Of a DNA stretch of 64,000 nt, positions 38,721-47,792 are shown in pieces. Below the pieces are notes generated by a model, which ran no database searches, was not told where the DNA came from, and saw nothing but the letters and a program-made list of their open reading frames with translations. The stretch is from Dehalococcoidia bacterium. Its GTDB lineage: Bacteria; Chloroflexota; Dehalococcoidia; Bin125. Each line of letters starts with the position of its first letter. Position 1 is the first letter of the stretch. Location of the stretch: positions 864,001 through 928,000 of the forward strand of contig OY820591.1 of assembly GCA_963555985.3 (NCBI GenBank). The letters are read 5' to 3'. The position numbers and the translations under genes were made by a program.

Positions 38721-40643
38721 ATGGCAGAGGAAATCAGTTTCCTGCCGCTGCTGCTGATTGCAGCCCTGGCCGTCGCCGTGCCCTTCGTCAGCTATCGGCT
38801 GACCGGCGGGATTGTGCCGGCGGTGGTGGGCGAAGTGGTGATCGGCATCGTCTTCGGCGAGCCGGTGCTGGGCATTCTCGGTCATAGCGAATGGCTCGAC
38901 TTTCTCGCTCTCTTCGGCTTTGCCTACCTGATGTTCTTGTCCGGCCTCGAAATCAACCTCCACGTGCTCACGACCTCGCCTGGTCCGCGCTGGTATGTGC
39001 CCAGCGTCGCCTTGCGCCACCCGCTGATCTCCGGCCTGCTGTTCATGGGTTTGACGGTGGGGGCCACGTACCTCGGCCTGCGCGTGTTGTGGGAGATCGA
39101 ATTCATCCATCTCTCCCACAAGCCGATGCTGCTCTTCATCTTCATCGCCACCTCGGTGGGCGTGCTCGTGCCGGTCCTGAAAGATCGTCCCGATCTTGGC
39201 GCGATGGCGCAATCGGTGCTGGTCGGAGGATTCCTGGTCGAATTCGTCGCGATCGTTGGCGTCGGCGTGGTCGCCGCGCTCGATCGCACTGGCGTGGGTT
39301 GGGAAATGGGGCTGCTGGCCGCGATGCCCGTCGCGCTGGCTCTCTTGGTCTGGGCGGCCAGGAGCGGCGGCGTGCGCTTTCCGATCATCGGCCGCACCTT
39401 GAATGAATTGGCCGACACCTCGGCCCAGCTCAAGATTCGGGCTGCTCTGGTGGTGTTGATCGCCTTTGTCGCGCTCTCCGAGCTGGTCGGTACCGAGTTG
39501 GTGCTCGGCGCGTTCCTCGCCGGGCTCGCCGCGACGGTGATCTCTCCGCAGCACGGTTCGGCCGTGCGCGTCCGCCTGGACGCGCTCGGCTACGGCTTCT
39601 TCGTGCCCATTTTCTTCATCCACGCCGGCGCGACGCTCGATTTCGGGGTCGTTTTCCAGTCCTTCGACGCCTTCATCATCGCCCCGATTTTCTTGCTGAT
39701 GGCTTTCCTGATCAAACTCGTCCCTGCGCTGCTCACGCTTGCGCCCGCGCATGGTCTGCGTAACGGACTCAGCGGAGGCGCGTTGCTCAGCGCCAACCTG
39801 AGTCTTGTGATTGCCGCGGGCGCGATCGCCGAGGAGCTTGGCATCATCGACGAGGCGCTGTTCGGCGCGATGATCCTGATGGCGTTGTGCTCGACCGTGC
39901 TCGCACCGCTGCTGTTCGGCATCCTCGCCCGCCGCGCACGCGGCGAAAGCGGAGGCTTGGTGATGCTGATTGGGGGCGGTGAAGTCACCCACGTGCTGGC
40001 GGCGCGATTGGCTGCTGCGGGGCGGGTGGTCTCGGTGCTGATGCCGCGCGATGAGGATCCGCCGGAATGGCGCGAGCTTTCGATCTTGCGGATCCCCGGC
40101 GACCCGCTGGACGAGTGGCCGCAACGGGTTGCCGGGCTGCGGGAGGCGGAGGTCGCCGTGCTGACGGAGTGGACCTCGATGTCGCAGCTGGAGGCGATCG
40201 CGGAGAGTCTGCGTCAACGCCGGCATGATTTGCGGATCGTGACTTGGCTGAACGAACCGAGCGAGAAGCTGTCGCGGCTTGGGGTGGAGATGCATCTGTC
40301 TTCCGATGCGACGGCGCGGGCGCTGGAAAGCGCCGTGATGCGGCCCGGTTTGTATCGGGCGATGGCGAACCCGGAGTCCGGCGTGGTTGAGGTGCAGATG
40401 CGCAACGGCACCATTCATGGACGGACGCTGAAGGATTTGTCCTTCGCGGGCGGCGTGCGTGTGCTGGTGGTGGTTCGCGGGGGCGAGGCGTTCGTGGCTG
40501 GCGCCGACACCCTGCTCTTGACCGGAGACAGCGTGACGCTGGGCGGGGATCCGAGCCAGGTGGCGGAGGTCGCGCGAATGCTGATGGACCCGGGCGAGCG
40601 CCATCCGCTACTGCCGCCGGTGGTCGGTGGCCGGCACGACTAA
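38721..40643 (+). CDS. CPA2 cation:proton antiporter with TrkA-N/TrkA-C domains
   Basis: MFLSGLE, LGAFLAG, GFFVPIFF; C-terminal RCK-like region. Confidence 0.85.
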   Translation: MAEEISFLPLLLIAALAVAVPFVSYRLTGGIVPAVVGEVVIGIVFGEPVLGILGHSEWLDFLALFGFAYLMFLSGLEINLHVLTTSPGPRWYVPSVALRHPLISGLLFMGLTVGATYLGLRVLWEIEFIHLSHKPMLLFIFIATSVGVLVPVLKDRPDLGAMAQSVLVGGFLVEFVAIVGVGVVAALDRTGVGWEMGLLAAMPVALALLVWAARSGGVRFPIIGRTLNELADTSAQLKIRAALVVLIAFVALSELVGTELVLGAFLAGLAATVISPQHGSAVRVRLDALGYGFFVPIFFIHAGATLDFGVVFQSFDAFIIAPIFLLMAFLIKLVPALLTLAPAHGLRNGLSGGALLSANLSLVIAAGAIAEELGIIDEALFGAMILMALCSTVLAPLLFGILARRARGESGGLVMLIGGGEVTHVLAARLAAAGRVVSVLMPRDEDPPEWRELSILRIPGDPLDEWPQRVAGLREAEVAVLTEWTSMSQLEAIAESLRQRRHDLRIVTWLNEPSEKLSRLGVEMHLSSDATARALESAVMRPGLYRAMANPESGVVEVQMRNGTIHGRTLKDLSFAGGVRVLVVVRGGEAFVAGADTLLLTGDSVTLGGDPSQVAEVARMLMDPGERHPLLPPVVGGRHD

Positions 40644-41482
40644 GGGGAAGCGGTCGCGGAGATGCGTTCTGCACCGATGCCGGCGAGGTGTCCGAGGTAG
40701 ATCGGGACGAGCGGGAGCACGCAGGGCGAGATGAAGCTGACGAAGCCGCCGGCGAAGGCGATTGCGGCGCTGCCGAGGTTGAGGTCGAGCATCTCGGTGC
40801 TCGAACCGTCGCCGCCGGCCAGGACTTCGACGCCGAGACTGCCGAGCACATCGTTGAGGACGATCACACGATCGAGCGCGATCAGCATTCCGACGAAGAC
40901 CAGCAGCACTCCCGAGACAATGCCGACGAGGGGCATCCAGCGGTTCATTTTGCGCAGGAGCTGGGTCGATTCGCCCAGCGCAGCGCCCACGAGCAGGAAG
41001 GGGATACCGAGTCCAGCGGCGTAGCAGACGAGCAGGATCACGGCTTGGAGGAAGGAGGCGGAGTCGAGCGCGAGGACGAGGATGCCGGCGAGGATGGGGC
41101 CGACGCAGGGTGTCCAGCCGATTGAGAAGGCGACGCCGACGACGGCGGAACGGCCGTAGTCAGCGGCGGCGCGGGCGCGGGACGGCTGCGCGGACTTGGC
41201 CGCCTCCGGGCCGCCTGCGGGTGCGCTGACCTGGAAGCTGCGGTAGAGGAAGGGGATAGTGATCACTTCGGCGAGGTGGAGGCCGAGGATGACCAACATC
41301 GCTCCGGCGATGCGCTGGAACCAGACCAGTTCGTTCTGAAAGGCGGAACCGAGCGCTCCCAGGAGCGCGCCCAGCGCGACGAAGACGACGCTGAAGCCAA
41401 GCACAAACGCAGCGGCGTGGAAGAAGACGACGCGCCGGGCCGTTCCTTTGGTTTCGCTGACTGCGCCGGTTGCGAGTGTCAT
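40640..41482 (-). CDS. ccdA: CcdA/DsbD-type cytochrome c biogenesis protein, apparently circularly permuted
   Basis: central GWTPCVGPIL; SFISPCVLPLVPIYL at the C-terminus. Confidence 0.85.
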   Translation of the reverse strand: MTLATGAVSETKGTARRVVFFHAAAFVLGFSVVFVALGALLGALGSAFQNELVWFQRIAGAMLVILGLHLAEVITIPFLYRSFQVSAPAGGPEAAKSAQPSRARAAADYGRSAVVGVAFSIGWTPCVGPILAGILVLALDSASFLQAVILLVCYAAGLGIPFLLVGAALGESTQLLRKMNRWMPLVGIVSGVLLVFVGMLIALDRVIVLNDVLGSLGVEVLAGGDGSSTEMLDLNLGSAAIAFAGGFVSFISPCVLPLVPIYLGHLAGIGAERISATASP

Positions 41483-41491
41483 GGGGGCAGC

Positions 41492-41722
41492 TTAGCTCGT
41501 TGGCCGGTTTCTGAGCCTTGTGCCCTTGCCGCCGCCCATGGCCCCGCCGTAGCCGAGCAGGTGGAGGCGGTCCGCCTGCTTGGAGGCGGATTTCGTGGGC
41601 ACGGCGGAGAATGCCCGGTAGAGCTCGCGTTGCCGATCGGTCGGAAAAAAACGGCGGTCTTGGTGGAGGAGGCGAAAGAGCTCCTCCGTCCGCCCGGCTG
41701 GGGTATCACAAGGGGTCTGCAT
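41492..41722 (-). pseudogene. truncated phage terminase large-subunit-like N-terminus
   Basis: PTDRQ (Q-motif-like) and LGYGGAMGGGK (Walker A-like), then an early stop. Confidence 0.55.
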
Positions 41723-42050
41723 CCTCTTCGCCGCCTTCCTCGTCGTCATCCTCCGGCGGCAGCTGGCCGCCGCGCTGGAGGATGCGCACTTTCTGGATGT
41801 TGGTGAGCTTCTTCTTCTTGGGTTTGCCGTTCGTCTCCGGTTCGCCGAGGATCGGCTCGGCCAGGCGCTTGGCCAGGTCCTTGGTCTGGTCGTAGAGGCC
41901 GAGGATGCGGGCGAGCGCGTTGGTCGCCTGATGCTGGATGTAGGGGGGTCCGTTGTTGGCCTGGTGCTGGAGCTTGGCGACGACGGCCTTGGGGCTGAAG
42001 GGGAGGGGCGGGTTGTAGGCCTGGTGGAAGCCGATGGTGGCGGCGCTCAT
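41706..42050 (-). CDS. orphan protein, possibly terminase small-subunit-like
   Basis: AAGAAAGGA RBS; ALARILGLY helix; acidic tail; overlaps the terminase-like fragment. Confidence 0.55.
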   Translation of the reverse strand: MSAATIGFHQAYNPPLPFSPKAVVAKLQHQANNGPPYIQHQATNALARILGLYDQTKDLAKRLAEPILGEPETNGKPKKKKLTNIQKVRILQRGGQLPPEDDDEEGGEEDADPL

Positions 42051-42089
42051 GGGGGTTGGTCCTTTCTTGGAGGTTCTCGGACTGATGAC

Positions 42090-42118
42090 CTTATATGGAT
42101 AGATGTTCGATTGGCAAG
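42090..42118 (-). promoter_or_regulatory. promoter-like motif with a degenerate LexA box
   Basis: minus strand reads TTGCCA-AT-CGAACATCTATCCA-TATAAG. Confidence 0.5.
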
Positions 42119-42181
42119 TTGGCGGGTGTGTCGTGGTTGTCGGAAGGCGCATGTGGGTTCTGTTGGGTTGCGGCGTTTTCA

Positions 42182-42488
42182 CCCCCTCTGTCACTTCGTG
42201 ACATCTCCCCCTTGAGGGGGAGATTCTTTTGGGGAAGGGGAGAGGAGAGTTGTTGGGCGGCGTTTGCGCTGGTTGGGGGCGTTTCACCCCCTCTGCTCCT
42301 GCGGGGCATCTCCCTCCCCGCCTGCGCGGGGACAGGCTCTTGTGGGGGAGATTTTGGGGGAGGTGGGGTTTGGGGTGGTTGGTCGTGCTCACGGCGAGAT
42401 ACCCGCGACGGAGCGCGGGTATGACGGAGGTGAGGGCGGCCCCCCCTCTGTCACTACGTGACATCTCCCCCCGCATTGCGGGGGGAGA
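42182..42488. repeat. cluster of REP family B (42182-42223, 42287-42351, 42440-42488) and family A (42390-42429)
   Basis: repeated CCCCTCTGTCACT[T/A]CGTGACATCTCCCC and GAGATACCCGCG..CGCGGGTATGAC. Confidence 0.85.
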
Positions 42489-42532
42489 GGGGGAAGTGGA
42501 GCGGGAGGAGGTTTGGAGAGGGGGTGGGGTCT

Positions 42533-43411
42533 CTAGGGTTCGATGCCGGCGTCTTGTTCGGCGGAGAGGAGGGTGGCCATGACTGATTTGTGTGAGAGGC
42601 CGCGATTTTTGGCTCGGAAGAGGGTGTCGGCGGCTGCGGCGGCGATTGGGAGGGGCATTCCCTCCTCGCGCGCGACCTGCACTGCCAGCGAGACGTCTTT
42701 GGCGGCCCACTGGAGGAAGAAGGAGGGGTCGTCGAACTCTCGCTTGAGCAGCGCGGGCATATTGCCGACGTAGTTGCGAGCGGAAGCGACGCTCATCACC
42801 TCGTGCGCGCGGGCCGGGTCGAGGCCGGCCTTTTCGGCGAGCACGGTCGCTTCGATCAGAACTTGCATTGAGGTGATGCCGACCATGTTGTTGATGATCT
42901 TGGTCAGCGCGCCCATGCCCAACTCGCCCATGTGGAAGACGTTGTTGCCGATGCATTCGAGCACCGGCTTGTATTTCTCGAAGGATGCTTCGTCGCCTCC
43001 GACCATCACAGCGAGTTCGGCACGGATTGCGCCGTCTACGCCGTTGCTGACGGGGGAATCGTGAAAGATCACGCCGAGCGCGGCGGCGCGCTCGGCGAGC
43101 ATTCGCACGGTTGAGGGGAGGTTGGTAGAAAGGTCGAAGCAGACGAGTCCCGGCTCCGCGCCTGCGAAGACGCCCTCCGCTCCACGCATCACAGCGGTGA
43201 TTTCGGGCGGCCCGGGCAGCGAGGTGAGCACGACTTCGGACTGGGCGGCGACGGCGGCGGGAGATTCCGCCCAGACCGCGCCCAGTTCGATCAGGTTGGC
43301 GGTGTGTTCCTCAACCAGATCGTGCACCACCACCCGATGTCCGCCCTTGATCACATTGGCGCAGATGGGGTTGCCAATCTTGCCGGTACCGATAAAGCCA
43401 ACGTCTGCCAT
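42533..43411 (-). CDS. 3-hydroxyisobutyrate/tartronate-semialdehyde reductase-family dehydrogenase
   Basis: VGFIGTGKIG, DSPVS.G, TKIINN, KDVSLA. Confidence 0.88.
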   Translation of the reverse strand: MADVGFIGTGKIGNPICANVIKGGHRVVVHDLVEEHTANLIELGAVWAESPAAVAAQSEVVLTSLPGPPEITAVMRGAEGVFAGAEPGLVCFDLSTNLPSTVRMLAERAAALGVIFHDSPVSNGVDGAIRAELAVMVGGDEASFEKYKPVLECIGNNVFHMGELGMGALTKIINNMVGITSMQVLIEATVLAEKAGLDPARAHEVMSVASARNYVGNMPALLKREFDDPSFFLQWAAKDVSLAVQVAREEGMPLPIAAAAADTLFRAKNRGLSHKSVMATLLSAEQDAGIEP

Positions 43412-43474
43412 AGGAAGGCCTTTCTGCTCCGTCACACTCATGTCAGAGCCGACGATACACGTCAAGGGCGAAGC

Positions 43475-43894
43475 CTATCGGTGACGATTGCGATAGTGCC
43501 GCTCGTCTGGCATGGGCAGGTCGGGGGGCAGCGTGCGATGCGCATCATCAAGTAGGGATAGCAGCCCTCGAATCTGCTCGAGCCGCTGACGGATCGTTTC
43601 TAACGAGTAGCGGTCTTCGTAGAAGTTCTGGTGCGTGTCGCTGGCGATCGCGAAGAGCGCGGAGATTTGCGGATTGGCGGACTGATCAGAGATGTACTGG
43701 ATGATCGCCCAGCCGTCAGCATGACTGCTGTTAGGCCATTCACGCTCGGCGGCGACCTCCTTCAAGCGATGAGCCGCAGCCCCCCAGATCTTCTCGCAGG
43801 CTTGGAGACGGTCGCCCTGCGCGATCATCTCCGCCGCGTGCTCAAGCATTCGGCGGCTGTGGATGGCGTGGCTCTCGATTGGCTCGGTGGTCAT
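43475..43894 (-). CDS. PaREP1-like (HEPN-fold) protein, copy 3
   Basis: QACEKIWGA, HQNFYED. Confidence 0.75.
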   Translation of the reverse strand: MTTEPIESHAIHSRRMLEHAAEMIAQGDRLQACEKIWGAAAHRLKEVAAEREWPNSSHADGWAIIQYISDQSANPQISALFAIASDTHQNFYEDRYSLETIRQRLEQIRGLLSLLDDAHRTLPPDLPMPDERHYRNRHR

Positions 43895-43913
43895 TCGTTT
43901 GCTCCACTCGTTT

Positions 43914-44333
43914 TCACTGATGCCGGTTGCGGTAGTGGCGGTCGTCGGGCATAGGCAGGTCGGGCGGGAGCGTGCGGTGCGCTTCGTCCAGTAGGGAGAG
44001 CAGTTCGGTAATGGCATCGAGCCGTTCTTCTAAGAGCGCCAACGGAAGGCGATCCTCGTAGAAATTCTGGTGGGTGTCGCTGGCGATGGCGAACAGTTCG
44101 TTGATCCGCCTTTCACCGGCTTGCGTTGCGAGATGCTGGACGATTGCAAAGCCGTCGGTATGGCTGCTGTTGGGCCATTGGCGCTCGGCGGCGATCTCCT
44201 TGACTCGATGCACCGCGGCTCCCCAGATTTTCTCGGAGGCTTGGACGCGGTCGCCTTGCGCGATCATCTCCGCTGCGTGGTCGAGCATCCGGCGGCTGTG
44301 GACGGCGTGACTCTCGATTGGTTCGGTGGTCAT
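43914..44333 (-). CDS. PaREP1-like protein, copy 2
   Basis: QASEKIWGA, HQNFYED. Confidence 0.75.
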   Translation of the reverse strand: MTTEPIESHAVHSRRMLDHAAEMIAQGDRVQASEKIWGAAVHRVKEIAAERQWPNSSHTDGFAIVQHLATQAGERRINELFAIASDTHQNFYEDRLPLALLEERLDAITELLSLLDEAHRTLPPDLPMPDDRHYRNRHQ

Positions 44334-44353
44334 TCGTTTGCTCCCCTCGTCTC

Positions 44354-44773
44354 TCACTGATGCCGGTTGCGGTAGTGGCGGTCGTCGGGCATAGGCAGGT
44401 CGGGCGGGAGCGTGCGGTGCGCTTCGTCCAGGAGTGCGAGCAGCTCGCGAACGGATTGGAGCTTGTCTTCCAGGGCGTCGAGCGGGAGACGGTCTTCGTA
44501 GAAGTTCTGATGCGCGTCGTTGGCGACGCCGTAGAAGTCAGAAATGCGGCGATCTCCGGTGTGTTTTCTGAGGTAGTGGATGATCGACCAGCCGTCGGTG
44601 TGGCTGTCGTTGGGCCATTCGCGCTCGGCGGCGATTTCTTTGACTCGGTGGGCGGCTGCGCCCCAGATTTTCTCGGAGGCTTGGACGCGGTCGCCCTGGG
44701 CGATCATCTCGGCTGCGTGGTCGAGCATTCGGCGGCTGTGGACGGCGTGGCTCTCGATTGGCTCGGTGGTCAT
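44354..44773 (-). CDS. PaREP1-like protein, copy 1
   Basis: QASEKIWGA, HQNFYED; GGAG RBS. Confidence 0.75.
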   Translation of the reverse strand: MTTEPIESHAVHSRRMLDHAAEMIAQGDRVQASEKIWGAAAHRVKEIAAEREWPNDSHTDGWSIIHYLRKHTGDRRISDFYGVANDAHQNFYEDRLPLDALEDKLQSVRELLALLDEAHRTLPPDLPMPDDRHYRNRHQ

Positions 44774-44894
44774 TCGTTTGCTCCAGGGCCGGCGCGTGAT
44801 CGGAGCGACTGTGTTCGCGCACTCGGGGGGTTGGAGGTCCATCGCCACGATAGCTGCGCGGGCGCTGGGCGAGTGCGGGGGTATGCTCGCTTGC

Positions 44895-46109
44895 GTGACG
44901 ATTGCGAATACCGACTCCGAGGCCGGCGCGCTCGCAGGGGTGCGTGTGATCGAGATTTCAGAGAGCTCCGCCGGCGCCTACTGCGGACGTTTGCTGGTTG
45001 GGATGGGCGCAGAGGTCACGCTGATCGAACCGCCGGCGGGTTCTCCGCTGCGGCGTCGCGGCCCGTTTCGGGATGATGATCCCGACCGCGAGGGCGGGGC
45101 GACGCATCTGCATTTGCAACGGGGCAAGGGTTCGATCCGGCTTGATCTCAGTGCGGCTTCCGCGCGGCGGATTGCGGAGCGGGCGTTTGCCGAGGCGGAT
45201 GTGGTGATCATCGATCTTGCGCGTGAGCAGTGGAGTTCGCTTGGGCTCGAACCTCGCGTTTTGCGTGAGCGTTATCCGCAGATGCATATCTGTACGCTGA
45301 CGCCGTATGGGTCTGAGGGGCCCAAAGCGGACTGGCGAGCGAGTGAATTGACGGCCTATGCAGCGGGCGGGTACCTGCGGATCACGGGCGACCCTGAGCG
45401 TGAGCCGGTGAAGGCTTGGGGCGAGCAAGGGCATCTGCAAGCGGGTTTGCACGCGGCGCTGGGGATTGTCGCGGCGCTCCACGCTCAGGATGCGGGCGCG
45501 GCTGCGGGGCAGTTGATTGATGTCGCAGTGGTCGAAGCGGTCGCCTTTCTGCTTGGCGGCAGCTATCAACATGCCTGGTTCCATGACCATGAGCCGATGC
45601 GGAATGGCCCGCGGCTGGTCGGTTTTGGGCCGGGCCATCTCTATCCGAGCACGATTCGGCCCTGTCTGGACGGCTGGGTTCATGCGCATTGCAATAATCG
45701 CTACCCCGAAGCGATGGCGCTGCTGTTTGAGCAGCCACGTCTGGCTGATCCTGAGCTGTTGGGGACGCTGATGGGTCATGCGGATGAGGTGGATGCACTG
45801 ATGGCGCCGATGCTCGAGCGGACGCCTCGGCGCGAAGTGGTTCGGCGCGCGCAGGAATTGCGGATTCCGTTCACAGAGGTACTGGCGCCGTCGGAGGTGA
45901 TGGCGGACGCGGACGGCCATCACGCCAGCCGCGAGTTCTGGCAAGACTCGCCCCATCCTCGGGGCGGTGAGTATCGGTCGCCGGGGCCGGCGATCCGGTT
46001 CGGGCGGAGCCGATGGCGCGACGGGACGGCGCCGCGCCTTGGGCAGGACAACGAGAGGCTTGGCGAGCGCTCGGAGCGGGCGCGTTGGAGGCGGGCCGGT
46101 GTGGCCTGA
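44895..46109 (+). CDS. CaiB/BaiF class III CoA-transferase (start uncertain)
   Basis: LAGVRVIE, GAEVTLIEPP.G, RGKGS, APRLGQDN. Confidence 0.85.
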   Translation: MTIANTDSEAGALAGVRVIEISESSAGAYCGRLLVGMGAEVTLIEPPAGSPLRRRGPFRDDDPDREGGATHLHLQRGKGSIRLDLSAASARRIAERAFAEADVVIIDLAREQWSSLGLEPRVLRERYPQMHICTLTPYGSEGPKADWRASELTAYAAGGYLRITGDPEREPVKAWGEQGHLQAGLHAALGIVAALHAQDAGAAAGQLIDVAVVEAVAFLLGGSYQHAWFHDHEPMRNGPRLVGFGPGHLYPSTIRPCLDGWVHAHCNNRYPEAMALLFEQPRLADPELLGTLMGHADEVDALMAPMLERTPRREVVRRAQELRIPFTEVLAPSEVMADADGHHASREFWQDSPHPRGGEYRSPGPAIRFGRSRWRDGTAPRLGQDNERLGERSERARWRRAGVA

Positions 46110-47388
46110 GGCGCGGCTGGAGCCGTATCCGGAGTCGCCTCGGCGTCCGCTGGCGGGGGTTCGCGCGCTTGATCTGACGACGGCGGTGGCGGGACCGGTG
46201 GCGACGTTGCTGCTGGGGGCGCTTGGGGTTGAGGTGTTGCGGATCGAGACTCCCTGGGCGCGTCCGCGCCGTCCGGCGTCGGCACTGGCGGTTGGGGCGG
46301 GAATGGTGGACGAACCCTGGAATCGCGAGCCTCGGCTGAATGAGCTTGCGAATAGCAAGCGATCGGTTGCGCTCAACCTAGCTAGCGAAGAGGGGCGTTC
46401 GGTCTTTCTTGATCTGGTTGCGGTGAGCGATGTGGTCTTGGAGAACTATTCGCCTCGGGTGATGGGTAATTTTGATCTGGAGTGGGATGTGTTGCGCGGG
46501 CGGAACCCCAGGCTGATCTATGTGTCGATGCCCGCGTTTGGGAAATCGGGTCCGTGGCGGGATCGGATTTCTTATGGGCCGGGGATTGATGCGATGAGCG
46601 GGCTTTCTTGGTTGACGGGTTATGCGGACGGCTCGCCGCTGAAGCCCGGCAATTTCTACTGCGATCAGAACGCGGGGTTGCACGCGGCGCTGGCGACGAT
46701 TGCGGCCTTGCGGGCTCGGGAGCGCGACGAGACAGGGCAGACGGTTGAATTGGCGATGCTGGAGGGTGAGCTTAATTTGATCGGAGAGGCGATGGTGGGT
46801 CAGCAACTCTCCGGCCGGGAGCCGACCCGAATCGGCAACGAACATTCCAGCTTCGCTCCTCATGGCGTCTATCCGGCGCGGCCGCGTGCTGATGATGCGG
46901 ATACGTGGATCGCCATCAGCTGCCGCAACGATGACGAGTGGCGTGGGCTGTTGGAGGTGTGGGCGGACGAATGCGTAGGGGGAGATCGCCGCTTTGCAAC
47001 CGGACTCAGGCGTTGGCGGCATCGGGCGGCACTCGACCGGTTGCTGGCGGAGTGGACGCGCGAACAGGATGCGTTGGCGCTGTCCGAGCGTCTGCAAGGC
47101 GTCGGGGTACCAGCGTCAGCGGTGATGGGGGCGCGTGCGTTGTTGCGCGATCCTCAGGTGGCGGCGCGGCAGTCGGTTGGTGGTCTGGATCATGCTCAGG
47201 TGGGACTGTCTCCCGCTCCGCAGGCGGCCTACCGGCTCTCGGAGACCCCGGCGGCGCCCAAGAATGCGGCGCCGCTATTCGCGGCGGATACGGTTCCCGT
47301 ACTGCGCGAAATCTTGGGATACTCAGAGGCGCGGATCGCTCGGCTGATCGCCTCCGGCGCAGCGAGCGATCAACTGCGCGAGCGCTAA
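46099..47388 (+). CDS. CaiB/BaiF class III CoA-transferase
   Basis: PLAGVRALDLT, KRSVALNL, ENYSP, catalytic-type Asp in YCDQNAG. Confidence 0.88.
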   Translation: MWPEARLEPYPESPRRPLAGVRALDLTTAVAGPVATLLLGALGVEVLRIETPWARPRRPASALAVGAGMVDEPWNREPRLNELANSKRSVALNLASEEGRSVFLDLVAVSDVVLENYSPRVMGNFDLEWDVLRGRNPRLIYVSMPAFGKSGPWRDRISYGPGIDAMSGLSWLTGYADGSPLKPGNFYCDQNAGLHAALATIAALRARERDETGQTVELAMLEGELNLIGEAMVGQQLSGREPTRIGNEHSSFAPHGVYPARPRADDADTWIAISCRNDDEWRGLLEVWADECVGGDRRFATGLRRWRHRAALDRLLAEWTREQDALALSERLQGVGVPASAVMGARALLRDPQVAARQSVGGLDHAQVGLSPAPQAAYRLSETPAAPKNAAPLFAADTVPVLREILGYSEARIARLIASGAASDQLRER

Positions 47389-47411
47389 CGGACGCTCACC
47401 AGGAGGCGGCT

Positions 47412-47792
47412 ATGCCGATTCGTAAACCGTGGACGGAGTATTCCGCAGCAGCGATTCGGGCGATCCCGGCGGTCGTGGGCGTGTATGAGATCGCCGATGG
47501 CGACGGGCGTCTGCTCTACATCGGGCAGGCGGGCGGGCGCGAGCGGTTTGGCTTGCGCACGCGGATTGGGTCGCACTTCGACGGTTCCGACGGCAATGCT
47601 GTGCTGCGGGAGCGCGCGGCCCTATTTCGCTGGGAGAGCAACCAGCAGTACACCAGCAAGCGGCTGGAGATGCTGATGCAGTTTCAGCGTGACGAGGGCG
47701 CGGAGTGGCCGCCCGGAAACGCAGCCGGCGATTGGCGGGATATGCCCCAACTAGGGCGGTTGCGGAGATCGCAGCAGATCGGAGGATCGTGA
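47412..47792 (+). CDS. GIY-YIG-like small protein
   Basis: GVYEIAD...LYIGQAG..R; AGGAGG RBS. Confidence 0.65.
   Translation: MPIRKPWTEYSAAAIRAIPAVVGVYEIADGDGRLLYIGQAGGRERFGLRTRIGSHFDGSDGNAVLRERAALFRWESNQQYTSKRLEMLMQFQRDEGAEWPPGNAAGDWRDMPQLGRLRRSQQIGGS

Noticed and set aside
41492-42500. Intact prophage or gene transfer agent
   Set aside because: No portal, capsid, tail or integrase genes; the terminase-like ORF is a stub.
41706-42956. 416-aa ORF as a single gene
   Set aside because: The upstream part runs through another gene and a REP cluster. Only the last 114 codons have an RBS and promoter-like motif.
43475-44785. Diversity-generating retroelement
   Set aside because: No reverse transcriptase is present, and the differences between copies do not appear restricted to adenines.
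47412-47792. GIY-YIG protein as the mobiliser of the REP elements
   Set aside because: It is not flanked by any REP and is tightly coupled to metabolic genes.
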